A DNA stretch of 64,000 nucleotides from Octopus vulgaris (lineage: Eukaryota). The stretch spans positions 868,001 to 932,000 of the forward strand of contig OX597823.1 in NCBI GenBank assembly GCA_951406725.2, read 5' to 3'. Below the pieces are notes generated by a model that had not been told where the DNA came from, did no database searches, and saw only the letters and a program-made list of their open reading frames with translations. Both the position numbers and the translations under genes were made by a program. Shown piece by piece: positions 1-12,899 of this stretch; position 1 is the first letter of the stretch; every line of letters begins with the position of its first letter.

Positions 1-142
1 CCATAGTAACTAAGAAGTTTTTATTAAAAATGCTGCAATTTTAAGTGTAAGTCTGTCAATACAACACATCACAGACTTCAGAAAAAAAAAAAATATATAT
101 CTGTAAGTCAAATTTAAAGTTAAAGAATTAAGCAGCTCTATA

Positions 143-660
143 TTTAAGAGATGAGGAATTATGTACATTATTTAATTTGACAGATATTTGTCCTCATCTT
201 GTTTGTTGTAATACGTTTCGACTGATATACCATCCAGCCTTCATTAGGCGTCTTGGGGAAATTTTGGACCTGGATTCTCATTACTAAGGTATTTTTTGAT
301 GTTGTTGTTATTATTATTATTATTGTTCAGGTCACTGCTTGGAATTGAACTCGGAATCTTGGTGTTAGTAGCCCACGCTCTTAACCACTATGCCATATGC
401 TCACGGGCATATGGCATAGTGGTTAAGAGCATGGGTTACTAACACCAAGATTCTGAGTTCAATTCCAGTCAGTAACTTGAATTATAATAATAATAATAAT
501 AATAATAACATCGAAAAATACTTTAGGAATGAGAACCAAGGTTTGAAATTTCTCCAAGACACCTGATGAAGGCTGGAGAATACATCAGCTGAAACGTTGT
601 GTTAACAACAAACAAGATAAGGACAAATATCTGCCAAATGTAAATAATGTAAATAATGTA
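143..660. mobile_element. Head-to-head palindromic tRNA-headed SINE-like element with a hammerhead-containing tail
   Basis: Arms of about 255 bp are reverse-complementary around ~403. Right arm has A box TGGCATAGTGG (412-422), B box GTTCAATTCC (457-466), (TAA)n, then an HHR. Confidence 0.8.
558..603 (+). ncRNA. Minimal type I hammerhead ribozyme motif
   Basis: GACAC-CUGAUGA-a-GGCUG..CAGCU-GAAAC-GUU^-GUGUU. Stem I GACAC/GUGUU; palindromic stem III AACGUU. Confidence 0.75.
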
Positions 661-871
661 AAGAATGAAGGTTTTGAAATTATTCATTAAATGCAGTATG
701 AAAACCTTGCTTCAGGGTCAGTCGTTGGTCGTACGTCTGTGGAGCAGATTCACCACTTATGGCTGCCAGGTGTCATTAGTGATATTTTGCATTAATCGTT
801 GGATCGACTTACAGGAATTCCACGCTCCATCTTCTCTATTAATCTTTAATATATATATATATGTATATTTA

Positions 872-1842
872 TATATACAATAATATGTTACATTACTCGA
901 TAGTCAAGATAAAACTCTGAGTTTCAGATGCCGAAGTGGAAATCCACAACACCATCTCTTCGGTTATCTGGCTATTTGAAAACGCTATGAAAAAATACCG
1001 TTATACGAAGGGAAATTACTGTGTTATAACTCTGCTTGCCTGCGTACTTATACATCGCTCGCATTTTTCGTCATAAAAATGATATAAAAATACATAAAAA
1101 ATATATAAAAAATATATAAAAATATATATAATATTCTTGGGACATAACATAGAAAGCATGTTCTATCTGTTTTCTTTAGGGGACCAAAAACGTAACAGAA
1201 ATTTAGTCACATGTGGGCATGATCCGAAAAGTTCTGTCCTTGTGTTTAGACATGTAGTAGGGTCTAAGCTGCTTTTCCAGATAAGCCATCTCTCCATGTC
1301 GCATAAACCGCACCTTCCGCTGCCGTTGGTATAGGGCTTACATCTGGCCAAAATCTTCCAATGTATGTTATAATCGACACCTTTATCTCTTAAAGACCAA
1401 ATATGATTAGATAATTGTGTCGCTTTTCTTTTGTTCCAGTGCCTAAAGCTCAAAGTGTGGTTATTGAACCTGGCCTTGAAGTTACCCTCTGTAAGGCCCA
1501 CGTATTTCTTCGTCGAAACAATTTATATATTTTTATATATTTTTTATATATTTTTATGTATTTTTATATCATTTTTATGACGAAAAATGCGAGCGATGTA
1601 TAAGTACGCAGGCAAGCAGAGTTATAACACAGTAATTTCCCTTTGTATAACAGTATTTTTTCATAGCGTTTTCAAATAGCCAGATAATCAAAGAGATGGT
1701 GTTGTGGATTTCCACTTCGGCATCTGATATTCAGAGTTTTATCTTGACTATCGAGTAATGTAACATATTATTGTATAGATAAATTTCCTCTATTTACATA
1801 ATATTGAGGTCTCTTTCTTTCTTTTGTTATCTTACCGTTTTA

Positions 1843-1847
<5 letters not shown>
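872..1847 (-). mobile_element. 5'-truncated Penelope-like element: GIY-YIG endonuclease C-terminus flanked by inverted pseudo-LTRs
   Basis: Minus ORF ~1520-1163 reads KKYVGLTEGNFKARFNNH...LSNHIW...CGLCDMER...LNTRTEL...CPH. 872-1130 is the reverse complement of ~1522-1777; the right arm extends further. Flanked by (TA)n. Confidence 0.9.
907..969 (-). ncRNA. Hammerhead ribozyme motif in Penelope pseudo-LTR (U4C core variant)
   Basis: AGAUAA-CCGAAGA-GAUG..CAUC-u-GAAACUC-a-GAGUU^-UUAUCU, with a 6-bp stem I. The copy in the other arm (1682-1744) has a mutated core. Confidence 0.65.
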
Positions 1848-1881
<34 letters not shown>

Positions 1882-2050
1882 TGTGCTATAGTATTATTAT
1901 ACTTTTACTATTTTTAACTATAGTATTGCTATACTATAGTGTTTCTAGGCTGTAACTATAGAACATATCTACACATTTTTAGCTTCCCCACCCCAACTGT
2001 GTGTATTGACAGAGGTTTTTGGAGTTTACATAAATGGTTTTTCTTGGCAG

Positions 2051-2101
2051 AGTATTGCTGTTGATATAAAGACACCTGAAGGCAAAGATTTAATCAGAAA
2101 G
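2051..2101 (+). CDS. SUGCT: Class III CoA-transferase (SUGCT-like), internal coding exon (first exon in window)
   Basis: AG|...|GT boundaries. Translates SIAVDIKTPEGKDLIRK, matching the CaiB/BaiF 'NRNKKSIAVN.K.P.G' region. Upstream exons are outside the window. Confidence 0.88.
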
Positions 2102-2334
2102 GTAGGTTGTTGTTATTGGACTTCTTTCTTCCACTGTCTTTACTTAGGAAGTAAGTTATGTGGTGTTGACTGGGATTTGTGCAACAGTTGTTAGGAGTGC
2201 AGCTGTGTGTGTGTGTGTGTGTGTGTGGTTTTAGTTGAATGTTGTGAGTTGGTGTGACAATTGTTTTTCTGTCAACTTAGAGTGACAAATCATCACTGAA
2301 CCAGTCCAAGTCAGAGGTCCAACACACAAGCCAC

Positions 2335-2424
2335 CCATAACAGCCACCCATAACAGCCACCCATAACAGCCACCCATAACAGCCACCCATAACAGCCACC
2401 CATAACAGCCACCCATAACAGCCA
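2335..2424. repeat. Short tandem repeat, 13-bp unit CCCATAACAGCCA, about 7 copies
   Basis: Directly visible. Confidence 0.9.
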
Positions 2425-2814
2425 GACAAACACGTGTGTAGTGTGCTGGCTGTCTTTTGTGATCAGTGTTTTTTGTTATTAAGTATTTTGAATGATGTTT
2501 CTGAATAATTTACATCAGTGGAGTTTCATTGATTCACTGTATGGACAATGATGGCAATGACGAAGAATAAACATCCAAACAGTGTCTTTGTTTGGATTCA
2601 GAAGCAGTTTCCTTGGTGATGTGTACATCTTTGACTAATATACATGCACATGCATACACAAATGCATGTATGCTCATATATATGTATGTGTGTGTGTGTG
2701 TGTGTGTGTATGTGCTTACAAATCTGAAAAAATGTACTTGATACAAAGTGCAATATATGGATTCAAAGAACCATGTGGCTCTCGGAAAGCTCCTTTACTG
2801 GACTCTGCTAACAG

Positions 2815-3150
2815 ATCACATTATATTCCAATAAACTGCTCTCCATCAGTTATGATGATGGGGGTTCCAATTGACCTGATCCGTGGAACAGCCCTCACAT
2901 GAGATTTATGTGCAAGTGGCTGAGTACTCCACAGACATGTCTACCTTGTCTGGGAGATTCAGCATGACACAATGTGACAAGGCTGGCCCCTTTGAATTAC
3001 AGGTACGACTCATTGTTGCCATCTGAGTGGACAGGAGCAATAAAGTGAAATAAAGTGTCTTGCTCAAGGACACAATGCACCACCAGGAATCGAACTCACA
3101 ACCTTACAATTATGAGCCAAATACTCTAACCACTAAGCCACTGACCTTCA
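2815..3150 (-). mobile_element. tRNA-derived SINE (related copies at ~20035-20330 + and ~46920-47220 +)
   Basis: Minus strand has GGCTTAGTGGTTAGAG (A box) and GTTCGATTCC (B box). The body (CCTTGAGCAAGACAC...GAGTACTCAGCCACTTGCAC) is shared among the copies. Confidence 0.75.
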
Positions 3151-5004
3151 CCTAATAATCCAATTTGAAGGAGTTTAATGCAGCTGAAATCGAGATCCGA
3201 TTGATGAAATGATTTCATCAGGAGAATAAAAAAGCATAAAAAGTCAGGAGGCATGAGGGGTGGGGGGGTGGGGTGGAGATTAATTTAACGATGGAGTGTC
3301 ATCGTTAGGATTACGGTCGTTTATTGTAGTGTTTGTATCTTTATTAAAATCTCTGATTAACAATATTGTTGTTACTCAGAGTTTTGCATTGTTGCATTTC
3401 ATTGCAATAATGGACAACAACAATGTAACACTGAGTAGCAGATTAGTTTAATCTAATTATTTAAGCAATGCTAATGAAGTTATAGTTCATTAAATTCTGA
3501 TACTACCAACACAACCTATTTCCATTTTTTTTACAGTCTGACACCACCACCACCACCATTGCCACCACCACCACAACCAATGCCAATAGTATTGCCTCTT
3601 TTATTCTTGGCCATTGGATTCCCTAAACTCATTAAGCAAACTTTAAACAAGACCTAAAAAAAGGGAGTTTCCATCTACTCACCCAACCGACTCAAGAAAA
3701 AGACCAGGTCTTCTGTTATAAACTCCTTATTGTCTTTCAATTAAGGGCCACATGTCTTCTAGTTTTAAAGATTTGGTAAAAGGGATCCACTATAACAGCA
3801 GTGGTGATGGTGATGATGGTAATAGAAGGACATGTTTGAGCAACCATTTCTGTGCCATACATGTGCTCAAGTAAAGGTAACCAGGGTTACTCAATAATAA
3901 CAGCATCATCATCATCATCATCATTTGATGTCCGTTTTTCATGCTGGTAAGGGTTGGACAGCTTGACAAGAGCCAGCAGGCTGGAGAGCTGCACCAAGCT
4001 CAAGGCTTCTCTTCTGACATGCTTTCTATGGCTGGATGCCCTTCCTAATGCCAACTGCTTTTCAGAGTGGACTGGCTGCTTTTTGTGTGGCACTTACACA
4101 ACAATTACAAACTATAAATGTCTCAATCCTCTCGCCCCCCCCCTCCCCATTTCAAGTCAATCTCATTTCCCCTTTTCTATTTGGCCTGATTTGGATAATG
4201 GAGATTTGGGTCCCACATCTTCCTCTCCCAGTTAATTGATTTGATTCAGTTTTGGGAAACGATAGTTGAGATTAAGTTGGGGGTGGGGAACTGGTTAGAG
4301 TAACATGGATATGGTAGACATAAGTAGTTGGTGGTGGCAATGGTGGTTGTAGTGGTAAGGATAATGGTAATGATGATGTTGAGTGCTAATAAGGACCGTG
4401 TTAATCTTCCATGAAATTTAAATCTAATCTTATCAAATTTTTGAAATAAGCAAAATGTTTACATTGTCACCTCATCTAAAGTAACAACGTAGACATCTTC
4501 ATCTCTTGCCTCACCCCACCATTTACCCCTTATTTAGAACTCTGAAACTAACATTCATGCACAATTGTGCACACAGACAACAGTACAGGCTTGCTTACAG
4601 ACATCAACAACAACACTATCGTCAACATTTAACATGTTTTTCTTTGCTGACATGGGTTGGAGGGAGCTGGTGAACCAGAGGACTGTGCCAATGCGTTTCT
4701 GACATTCCATCCATGACCTCTCAGATGACTATTCAGTCTTGTTACAGATCTGCATGGTTTGATGCATAAATAGTAGACAAAAGCTATAACTTTCACTGGA
4801 GTGATCGAATCAGTTTGTGAGATAAGATCCCTGTGAACCATTGTGTGTCACTTCAAACCTGACGTCCACATGCAGGCCCTTTCACGCATGACACACTTTG
4901 AATCCCTTGGTCTACGAAGACGGACATTGAATACTGTTGATCTTCCATGGGACTTCAGATAGTTGACTTACCAAACCTTAGAAAGGAGTACACTGCTTCA
5001 TGTT

Positions 5005-5036
<32 letters not shown>

Positions 5037-5180
5037 ACACACGTACATCACAAAGGACTTTAGGAAAACCATGATCATAAGTTTGGTCCCTCTCATTTCC
5101 TTTAATGAATATAAGTCTTCATGTTTTTTTGTAAGAAATTATATCCGAAGACAATGAAACAGTCTTCTATTTTCCACCAG

Positions 5181-5301
5181 CTTGCCCAGACCAGTGATGT
5201 GTTGGTGGAGAATTACTTGCCTGGGAAACTAACTGAAATGGGTCTTGGTTATTCAGAAATGGCTAAGATTGCCCCACACCTGATATATTGTTCCATTACA
5301 G
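5181..5301 (+). CDS. SUGCT: SUGCT-like coding exon
   Basis: ccag|...g|gtaagc. Translates [40 protein letters not shown](G), with the family motifs DV.VENY.PG and IYCSITG. Confidence 0.95.
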
Positions 5302-5949
5302 GTAAGCTTTCTTAATGACCTCCCCCATATCATCTTTTAGTTTTAAATATTTCAGTAGATAACCTTTCCTGTATATTCTGTTCGGTAGTTACAGGTGAGC
5401 TTTCTTGTTGACCAAATTTAATCTTGTATCTTCAGATATTATTAGGAAGATTATCAGTTTCTATGTGTTTACAGATGTAGTTCTGACTGACCAAATATCT
5501 TGTTGGCTCTTTCATAAGTCCCACTCATTTGGTCAACTGTTTCTTAATAGCAAAACTCTTTTGAGGACCAGTTGTGGTCTCAGTTGATCAGACCAACAAC
5601 CAAACAATACATCAACACTTCTGTTACCCTAATTCAGCTTCATTTTTAAAATAATGAAGACTTTAATAAAATAACTTTGTCATCATTAAAAGAATCTATA
5701 CAGATATCCTTATCATCACTCCACAGCTCCTTTCGTCCTCACTGCCCATATAAAACTCCTCTGTCTACCTCAGGGCACCATACTGCTCACTTTGAGAAGC
5801 ACCATTTTTGGGCATTGATTCATTAGAGATAAGTTTTCTGACTGATCCAACATAGTCTCAGGTATTCAGACCTGGCTAAGAGTGTCCTCTCTCCATCTTG
5901 GTCTGCTATAACTTTAAGTATGGGTTCTTTGTAAACTGACGTTGCTATG

Positions 5950-6060
<111 letters not shown>

Positions 6061-6072
6061 TTTATATATACA

Positions 6073-7349
6073 TTAGGTCATCAAGTAGGAAATTTGTAGT
6101 AAGGTCCATGGTAAACTTTGACAGCTGCTCATTTTGCACCATTATTATATTTCGAGAATCTTTATTTTTTGCTAGAAAGCTGACACATCTATTTCTTTAT
6201 TCTAACTCCATTTGCACTTTATGAAGTATTTATAAATCGTTTTTTGCTATTTTTGTTTAGAGATGGATAAGTCAGAAATTTGTACAGTTTTGAAATATGA
6301 GTTCTTTCTTGGAAATACAGCATCACAAACAGCTCAGAATATTAATGGAGTATTTCGTTCTAATGTTATTACACAGCAGACAGTATCAAATTGGTTTGCA
6401 AAATTTCATTCTGGTAACTTTGACCACACAAATGAGCAACGCGGTTGACCAAAAACAAAGGTGGATAATGACGAACTGAAAGCCACCGTTGAGTCAGATC
6501 CATCTCAAAGTGTCCGTGAATTATCGTTGTTGTTTAGTGTTAGTAAGCAAACAATATTGACTCACCTAATTCAAATTAGTAAAGTGAAAAATTTAGATAA
6601 GTGGATTCCACATGAACCTAATGAAAATCAGAAACAGCAACGTTTGGAAGCTGGCATTATGCTACTTTCTCGTCACAAAAATGAATCATTTTTTAATCGA
6701 ATTATAACATGTGATGAGAAATGGATCCAATACAACCATAAACGTTCAGCAGAATGGTTGGACAAAGACAAGCCACCAAAACACAGTCCAAAAGGTAAAA
6801 TTCATCAAAAGAAGCTGATGGTGTGTGTTTGGTGGTCCGGCACAGGTGTGATCCATTATGATTTCATTAAACCTGGCTCATCAATCACGGCTGAGGTATA
6901 CTGCAGCCAACTGGACCAAATGATGCAGAAACTTACAAAAAAAAGCAACTCAGATTAGTCAACAGATCCACTCCTTTTTATTGCAAGACAATGCCAGACG
7001 ACACATCGCAAAAATGACATTGGTGAAACTACAGGAGTTGGAGTTGCCAGTTCTCCATCATCCACCATACTTACCTGATCTTTCCCCCACTGACTACCAC
7101 TTCTTCCAAAATTTGGATAACTTTTTGATAGGAAAAAAAGTCCGATGATGCTGTAAAACAGTCCTTCCAAGATTTTATTGACTCTAGATTGCCAGGCTTT
7201 TATAGTTCCAGGCTGGACAAGCTACCACTGAAATGGCAAAAGTATATTGACAATATGGATGTATATTTAGATGAATAAAACTATTCTTTATATCTATAAA
7301 ACATTAGCAGACTTGTTTCTTTTCTACAAATTTCATACTTGATGACCTA

Positions 7350-7350
<1 letters not shown>
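6073..7350 (+). mobile_element. Mariner-family DNA transposon, full length, defective transposase
   Basis: 27-bp TIRs TTAGGTCATCAAGTA.GAAATTTGTAG; TA at the right flank. Motifs WIPHE, TCDEKW, QDNA and a YSPDL-like segment. Premature stop and frameshifts. Confidence 0.95.
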
Positions 7351-7402
<52 letters not shown>

Positions 7403-7504
7403 TGAGAGAATAGAGAGGTAATTAATAAATTATTGTTTATTAATTAAAATATTGATAAACATCCTTTACAGCTGTTTCAATTCAGACCCTCAGAAAATTA
7501 ATCA

Positions 7505-8195
7505 ATTAAATCAAAAATTATTTGAAAGAGATTCAACTTTCAAATAATTTTAAATTTAATTAATTAATTTTAAAATTAATTTTAAAATTAATTTTAAAAT
7601 TATTTGAAAGAGATTACACTTTCAAATAATTTTTAATTTAATTAATTAATTTTAAAATTAATTTTGAACATTATTTGAAAGAGATTACACTTTCAAATAA
7701 TTTTTAATTTAATTAATTAATTTTAAAATTAATTAAAAAAATTATTTGAAAGAGATTCAACTTTGAAATAATTTTCAATTTTATTAATTAATTTTAAAAT
7801 TAATTAAAAAAATATTTGAAAGAGATTCAACTTTGAAATAATTTTCAATTTTATTAATTAATTTTAAAATTAATTAAAAAAATCATTTGAAAGACATTCA
7901 ACTTTGAAATAATTTTTAGTTTAATTAATTAATTTTAAAATTAATTTTAAAAAATTATTTGAAAGACATTCAACTTTCAAATAATTTTTAATTTAATTAA
8001 TTAATTTTAAAATTAATTAAAAAAATATTTTGAAAGAGATTCAACTTTGAAATAATTTTAAATTTAATTAATTAATTTTAAAATTAATTAAAAAAATATT
8101 TTGAAAGAGATTCAACTTTGAAATAATTTTAAATTTAATTAATTAATTTTGAAATTAATTAAAAAAATATTTTGAAAGAGATTCTACTTTCAAAG
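7505..8195. repeat. AT-rich minisatellite, ~71-bp unit x ~10, each unit an internal hairpin
   Basis: TATTTGAAAG recurs at about 7519, 7601, 7672, 7743, 7813, 7884, 7956, 8027, 8098 and 8169. ATTATTTGAAAG pairs with CTTTCAAATAAT within each unit. Confidence 0.9.
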
Positions 8196-8450
8196 GACAG
8201 CAGCAGCATAATGGGGCGAGAGGATGGGGCTGAGGGGAAAGCCACACTGCTGCTAAAATCTGTGACATACACACAAGCATTCTCACACAGATACATACAC
8301 AGATACACATGCATACACACATGTACGCATGCATACACACACACTCATACACACAGACACACACAAACAAGGACACAAATGCATAAGGATACACATCTTA
8401 GAATAACAGATTGGAATAAGTGGAGCAAGAACACTTGTAAAAATAAAAAG

Positions 8451-8495
8451 TGTCACTGAAGAGGTCACAGATGTGTGGCGAAAGATTTTCGGACA
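8451..8495 (+). ncRNA. Hammerhead ribozyme motif, slightly degenerate
   Basis: UGUCA-CUGAAGA-g-GUCAC..GUGGC-GAAAGAUUUUC^-GGACA. Confidence 0.55.
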
Positions 8496-8675
8496 ATGGA
8501 CATGAGTTAAAATAATAAAATAAGAACAGTAATAAACGAGTGAAGAAAAAATATATAAAAAGAAATGACCATCTCGAAATACAAGAAAACCTGTTTCAAC
8601 ACAGGATTTCACATCAGGAATCTTGCAAGAGACAAATTGATGATGATGATGATGATTGATATATATATATATAAA

Positions 8676-8852
8676 AAGCACCCACTACACTCACGGAGTG
8701 GTTGGCGTTAGGAAGGGCATCCAGCTGTAGAAACATTGCCAAATTTAGACTGGAGCCTGGTGCAGCCCTCTGGCTTCCCAGAACCCCGGTCGAACCGTCC
8801 AACCCATGCTAGCATGGAGAACGGACGTTAAACGACGATGATGATGATGATG
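8676..8852 (+). mobile_element. RTE-type LINE/SINE 3' tail ending in (GAT)n (related minus-strand copies at ~3905-4095, 13197-13530, 25672-25955, 28660-28830)
   Basis: Shared GGTTGGCGTTAGGAAGGGCATCCAGC...AACCCATGCTAGCATGGA...ACGTTAAACGATGATGAT. The clade assignment is inferred from the short tandem-repeat tail. Confidence 0.7.
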
Positions 8853-8870
8853 ATATATATATATACATAC

Positions 8871-8952
<82 letters not shown>

Positions 8953-9145
8953 GTATATAGGCCTGTCTCTCTGCTTTGTCATTGGGTTATCTATCCACCT
9001 GTATATCTGCCAATTTATCTGTCCATCTGTTTAGTAGCCAATGGCCAGTTACTGACCATTCACCTGATATGACATCAACCAGTCACTTATATCTCTTGCT
9101 GGAGACTTGCTTTCTGTTATTATCGTTCAGTTTCTCTCTCTTCAG

Positions 9146-9237
9146 GTTATGGCCAGTCCGGTCCATATGCCAAGAGACCAGGTTATGATATTATCGTGGC
9201 TGGAATTGGTGGTTTAATAAATGCCACAGGACCAAAG
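9146..9237 (+). CDS. SUGCT: SUGCT-like coding exon
   Basis: ttcag|...aag|gtgaga. Phase continues the previous exon: (G)YGQSGPYAKRPGYDIIVAGIGGLINATGPK. Confidence 0.95.
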
Positions 9238-11574
9238 GTGAGATAAGATCTTTTTATAATCCTTCATGCTAGAATTAATGTTTCATTAACCCTGAATTCA
9301 TTTCCCCCAGGGACTTCCAGGGGCTCATCTACAGAGCTGAAAGGACACTGTTCTTTTATATCTCTGACGAATCCATGGCAGTAACATCAACAACAAGGAG
9401 AATTCTTCCTAATTTTGGCACAAAGCCAAGCATTTTGAGGGGGTGGTCCAAATCAATTACATTAACCCCAGTATTTGACTAGTACTGAAAGGTAAAGTTG
9501 ACTTCAGCAGTATTTGAACTCCTCTGCCAGCTTCTTTCCTTGATGATAAGGATTGCTTATAATAAACTCCATCTCACAAAAACAAAGGCATTTATAATAC
9601 TAAACTTAAAACTCTGTTTGTTTGTGAGTTCTGAAGACAGAAGATTGTTGTAATGTATTGCCTTGAAGATGAGGCCCTTAGCCTGGAATCAGCTTTTGGG
9701 GACTGCAAATCTTGAAACAATGGATTTATTGCTTTGTACAGCAAAGAAGTTTTTTTTGTCATTTATGAAATGGAGAAAATTCTAAATGGTGTCAACACAC
9801 ACACGCACACACACATGCACACACATACACACACACAAATTTTTGTTGCTTTTCCAAAAACTTTCATTAAGACAGAAAAGTAATTTTCTGTCATTCATGA
9901 AATAGATTCATACATGAATGACCTCAACAGATACACACACACACACACACACACACACTTGATATATGTATGTACCTCTCTTTCTCTCTTTTTTTCTCTC
10001 TCTGTGCACCTTTGTATCTTCTCCCTCCACCTCTCTGCTTGACAACTGGTTTTGGCCTGTTTGGTAAAAGAGACCAAAAGAATAAGTACGAGGCTTCGAC
10101 AAAGCACTGTGATGCCCCAGCATGGCCACAGCCCTATGACTGAAACAAGTAAAAGAATGAAAGAATGCAGAGATAGAGAGAGAGAGAGAGAGAGGAGAGG
10201 AATGAAGTATTTTTGTTAGTGTTTCTCAAGACTTTCAGATGAAAATCCTTTCCTGTTTCTGTTTTGCAATCCTCCATTTTGTCTTTTTTTCCTCCTAAAT
10301 AAGAATCGATGGCTGCTCTTTCTTCCGTTTGCTGACTCCTGATGATGGCAAAAATATTTACTTTGTCAAAGGCAGCTGTTTTCTCAGTCAACACTTTGAA
10401 AGCACTTTGCCAAACACACTGTTTGAATCAAGGGAAAAAAAGGGCTCTGTGTATTGTTGTTGTTGTTGCATGTTGGTTGTCCAGCAAAACATGAGATCAA
10501 TGAGTGACCGAGAAGAGACTTTCGTTTGTGACATTGGGTCCCCTATAACAATTTCCTGCCAGGAACTCTTCTGCTCCGCTTCTGCAGCTATTAATGTGTA
10601 TTCAGAGAGTCTCTTCCGAGTTTTACTCCCTCATTTCAACCAAGACAACCCCAGAAGCAATACAAAAGGCTGTTATTTGGCAGAAAACTAATTATGTCCT
10701 GTTAATTGCCCTGTTAATTGTCTGATGTCCCCTCTGTTCATATTTGCTGTTCTTCAGTCAATGACAGCCATACTTTATTTACAACAACAGGATTAGGTCC
10801 AGGGTAGATTAATAATGGAGGATAAAGGATAACTCCTGGGTCACATTTGTGTTCTACCCAAGGATATTTCAGTCAGTGAGGGAGCCCTCTCTATGGTAAG
10901 TTGATTTGCTAGAAATATCAGCCAAACTCCCTCAAATATACTCTATTGTCTTAACAAAATGTTGAGATGTTTATAGTTGTGACACCTTTCATTACAAATC
11001 TATACAATTAAGGTGGAAATGGGGTAAACATCAAGTACCTTAAGGTGAGTCTTTCTGCTCTACTTGACTTGCTAAGAATAGCAACTAAATCTCTTTCAAA
11101 TTACACCCTACTATCTTAAAAATTGAAGGACGCATTTGATAATGATGTAGTTTTAGAAATATCAAGCCTCAAAGATGGAGGATCATGATGAAAGTGTCTT
11201 TGATCATAGGCCTGCTGGATTAGGTTGACCTGGGGCTAAAAAACAACAATTCAAAAGCAGAAGTGATGTGGATCATCCTGAATGCAGCAGTGAGGTGTCC
11301 CATCCATGACCATCCTGCCTGTTTTAAAGAATCACTTTATCCAACAGATGGTGTGGTGCAATCTGAAAGAAATTTGGCTGCTGTTCCTAGCAGGTCAAAC
11401 AACCAACCACAGAGACACAATTCTTTGTGATGCGAAATTGTTGCAACTGGAATTGACAATTTATGGCTTCATTTAGCCACTGCCTCTCCTCTCATGCCAG
11501 TCACCACTTTTTGGCTTTAATGGAACCATCTTTTGTCTTCGAAGATAGATTCCACACCTCATTAATAACCATTA

Positions 11575-12052
11575 TCTTCTACTTGTTTCAGTTAGAGTGT
11601 GTCCATGCTGGGGCAACCCCTTGAGGAATTTTATAGATGAATGAATCAACCGAGTACCTTTTTTTGTTTTTAAGTCTGGTGCCTGTTATATCAGTCTCTT
11701 TCGCCAAACCGCTAAGTAAACACTTCAACACTGGTTGTTAAGTGGTGGTGGTGGGAGATAAACACACAAACACACACACACATCACACACACACATATGT
11801 ATATATATATATATACATACACACATACATACATACATACATACATACATACATACATACATACATACATACATACATACATACATACAAGACAGGCTTC
11901 TTTCAGTTTCCATCTTTGAAATCCACTCACAAGGCTTTGGTCAGCCTGAGGCTATAGCAGAAGACACTTGCCCAAGTTACTACACAGTGGGACTGAACCC
12001 AGAACCATGTGGTTGGGAAGCAGACTTCTTACCCTCAACCACCCTTGCACCT
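11575..12052 (-). mobile_element. tRNA-derived SINE with internal microsatellite (same family as 34394-34800)
   Basis: Reverse complement of the GGTTCAGTCCCACTG...GACTGAAACAAG family. Confidence 0.8.
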
Positions 12053-12122
12053 CTTGGCATTAATAAATGAATTTGTAAATAAATAAATCAACCTTAAAAA
12101 TATTTTTGTCTTTCTAATAAAG

Positions 12123-12266
12123 GATGGAGAACCATGTAAAGTTGGTGTGGCCATGACAGATTTAGCAACTGGACTCTATGCGCATGGTGCCATTTTAGCT
12201 GCTCTTCTCACTCGACAGAAAACAGGAAAAGGACAATTTATTGATTGTAACTTACTCTCCACCCAG
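12123..12266 (+). CDS. SUGCT: SUGCT-like coding exon containing the catalytic Asp motif
   Basis: aag|...cag|gtaaca. Translates [58 protein letters not shown] carries the conserved class III CoA-transferase aspartate. Confidence 0.96.
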
Positions 12267-12899
12267 GTAACAACATTTCCTTGACTTTTTCTTCCTTCCT
12301 TCCTCTTTCTTTTGCTCTCTCTCTCTCTCTCTCTCTTTGTTGTCAGGTGTATTGTGAAGACTTGATCTTTGTGTGACAGACTTTGTTGATGTGGAAATGT
12401 GGGACTGTTGTACCGAGTGTAAAACATCAAGCATGTGTGAGTGGGTGTGGGGCAGTATGCCATACCAGTTATTGAGGGATAAGTACAGTATTATGCTCAG
12501 AGTAATTGGTGTTGGTGGTGTTGCAGTTGCCTGGCAATATTTTTACAAGTTGGAATTTGGTAGGCTGCATAATGGAATCTTTCACTCTCTCTCTCTCTCT
12601 CCCCATGTATGTCTGTCACCATCATAATTTTAATGTCAGTTTTCCCTGCCGGCAGGGATGGGACAGTTCTGCAGATTTCTGTAAGTTAGAGTACCACATC
12701 TTTTTCCAATGTTTCATTTTTGGAATGGTTTCTACATCTTGAAGCCCTTCATTAACCCTTAACATGGGATAATGTATGCTTTCTACAGCACTGGCACTAT
12801 TGGGGTTGTCTTAACACCAGAAAAGTGAAAGAGAGTCCTGAATGATGGAAGAAACAAATGTAAGATGAGAGGTCGAAGTTCAAGAGAGACATCAGAGCT

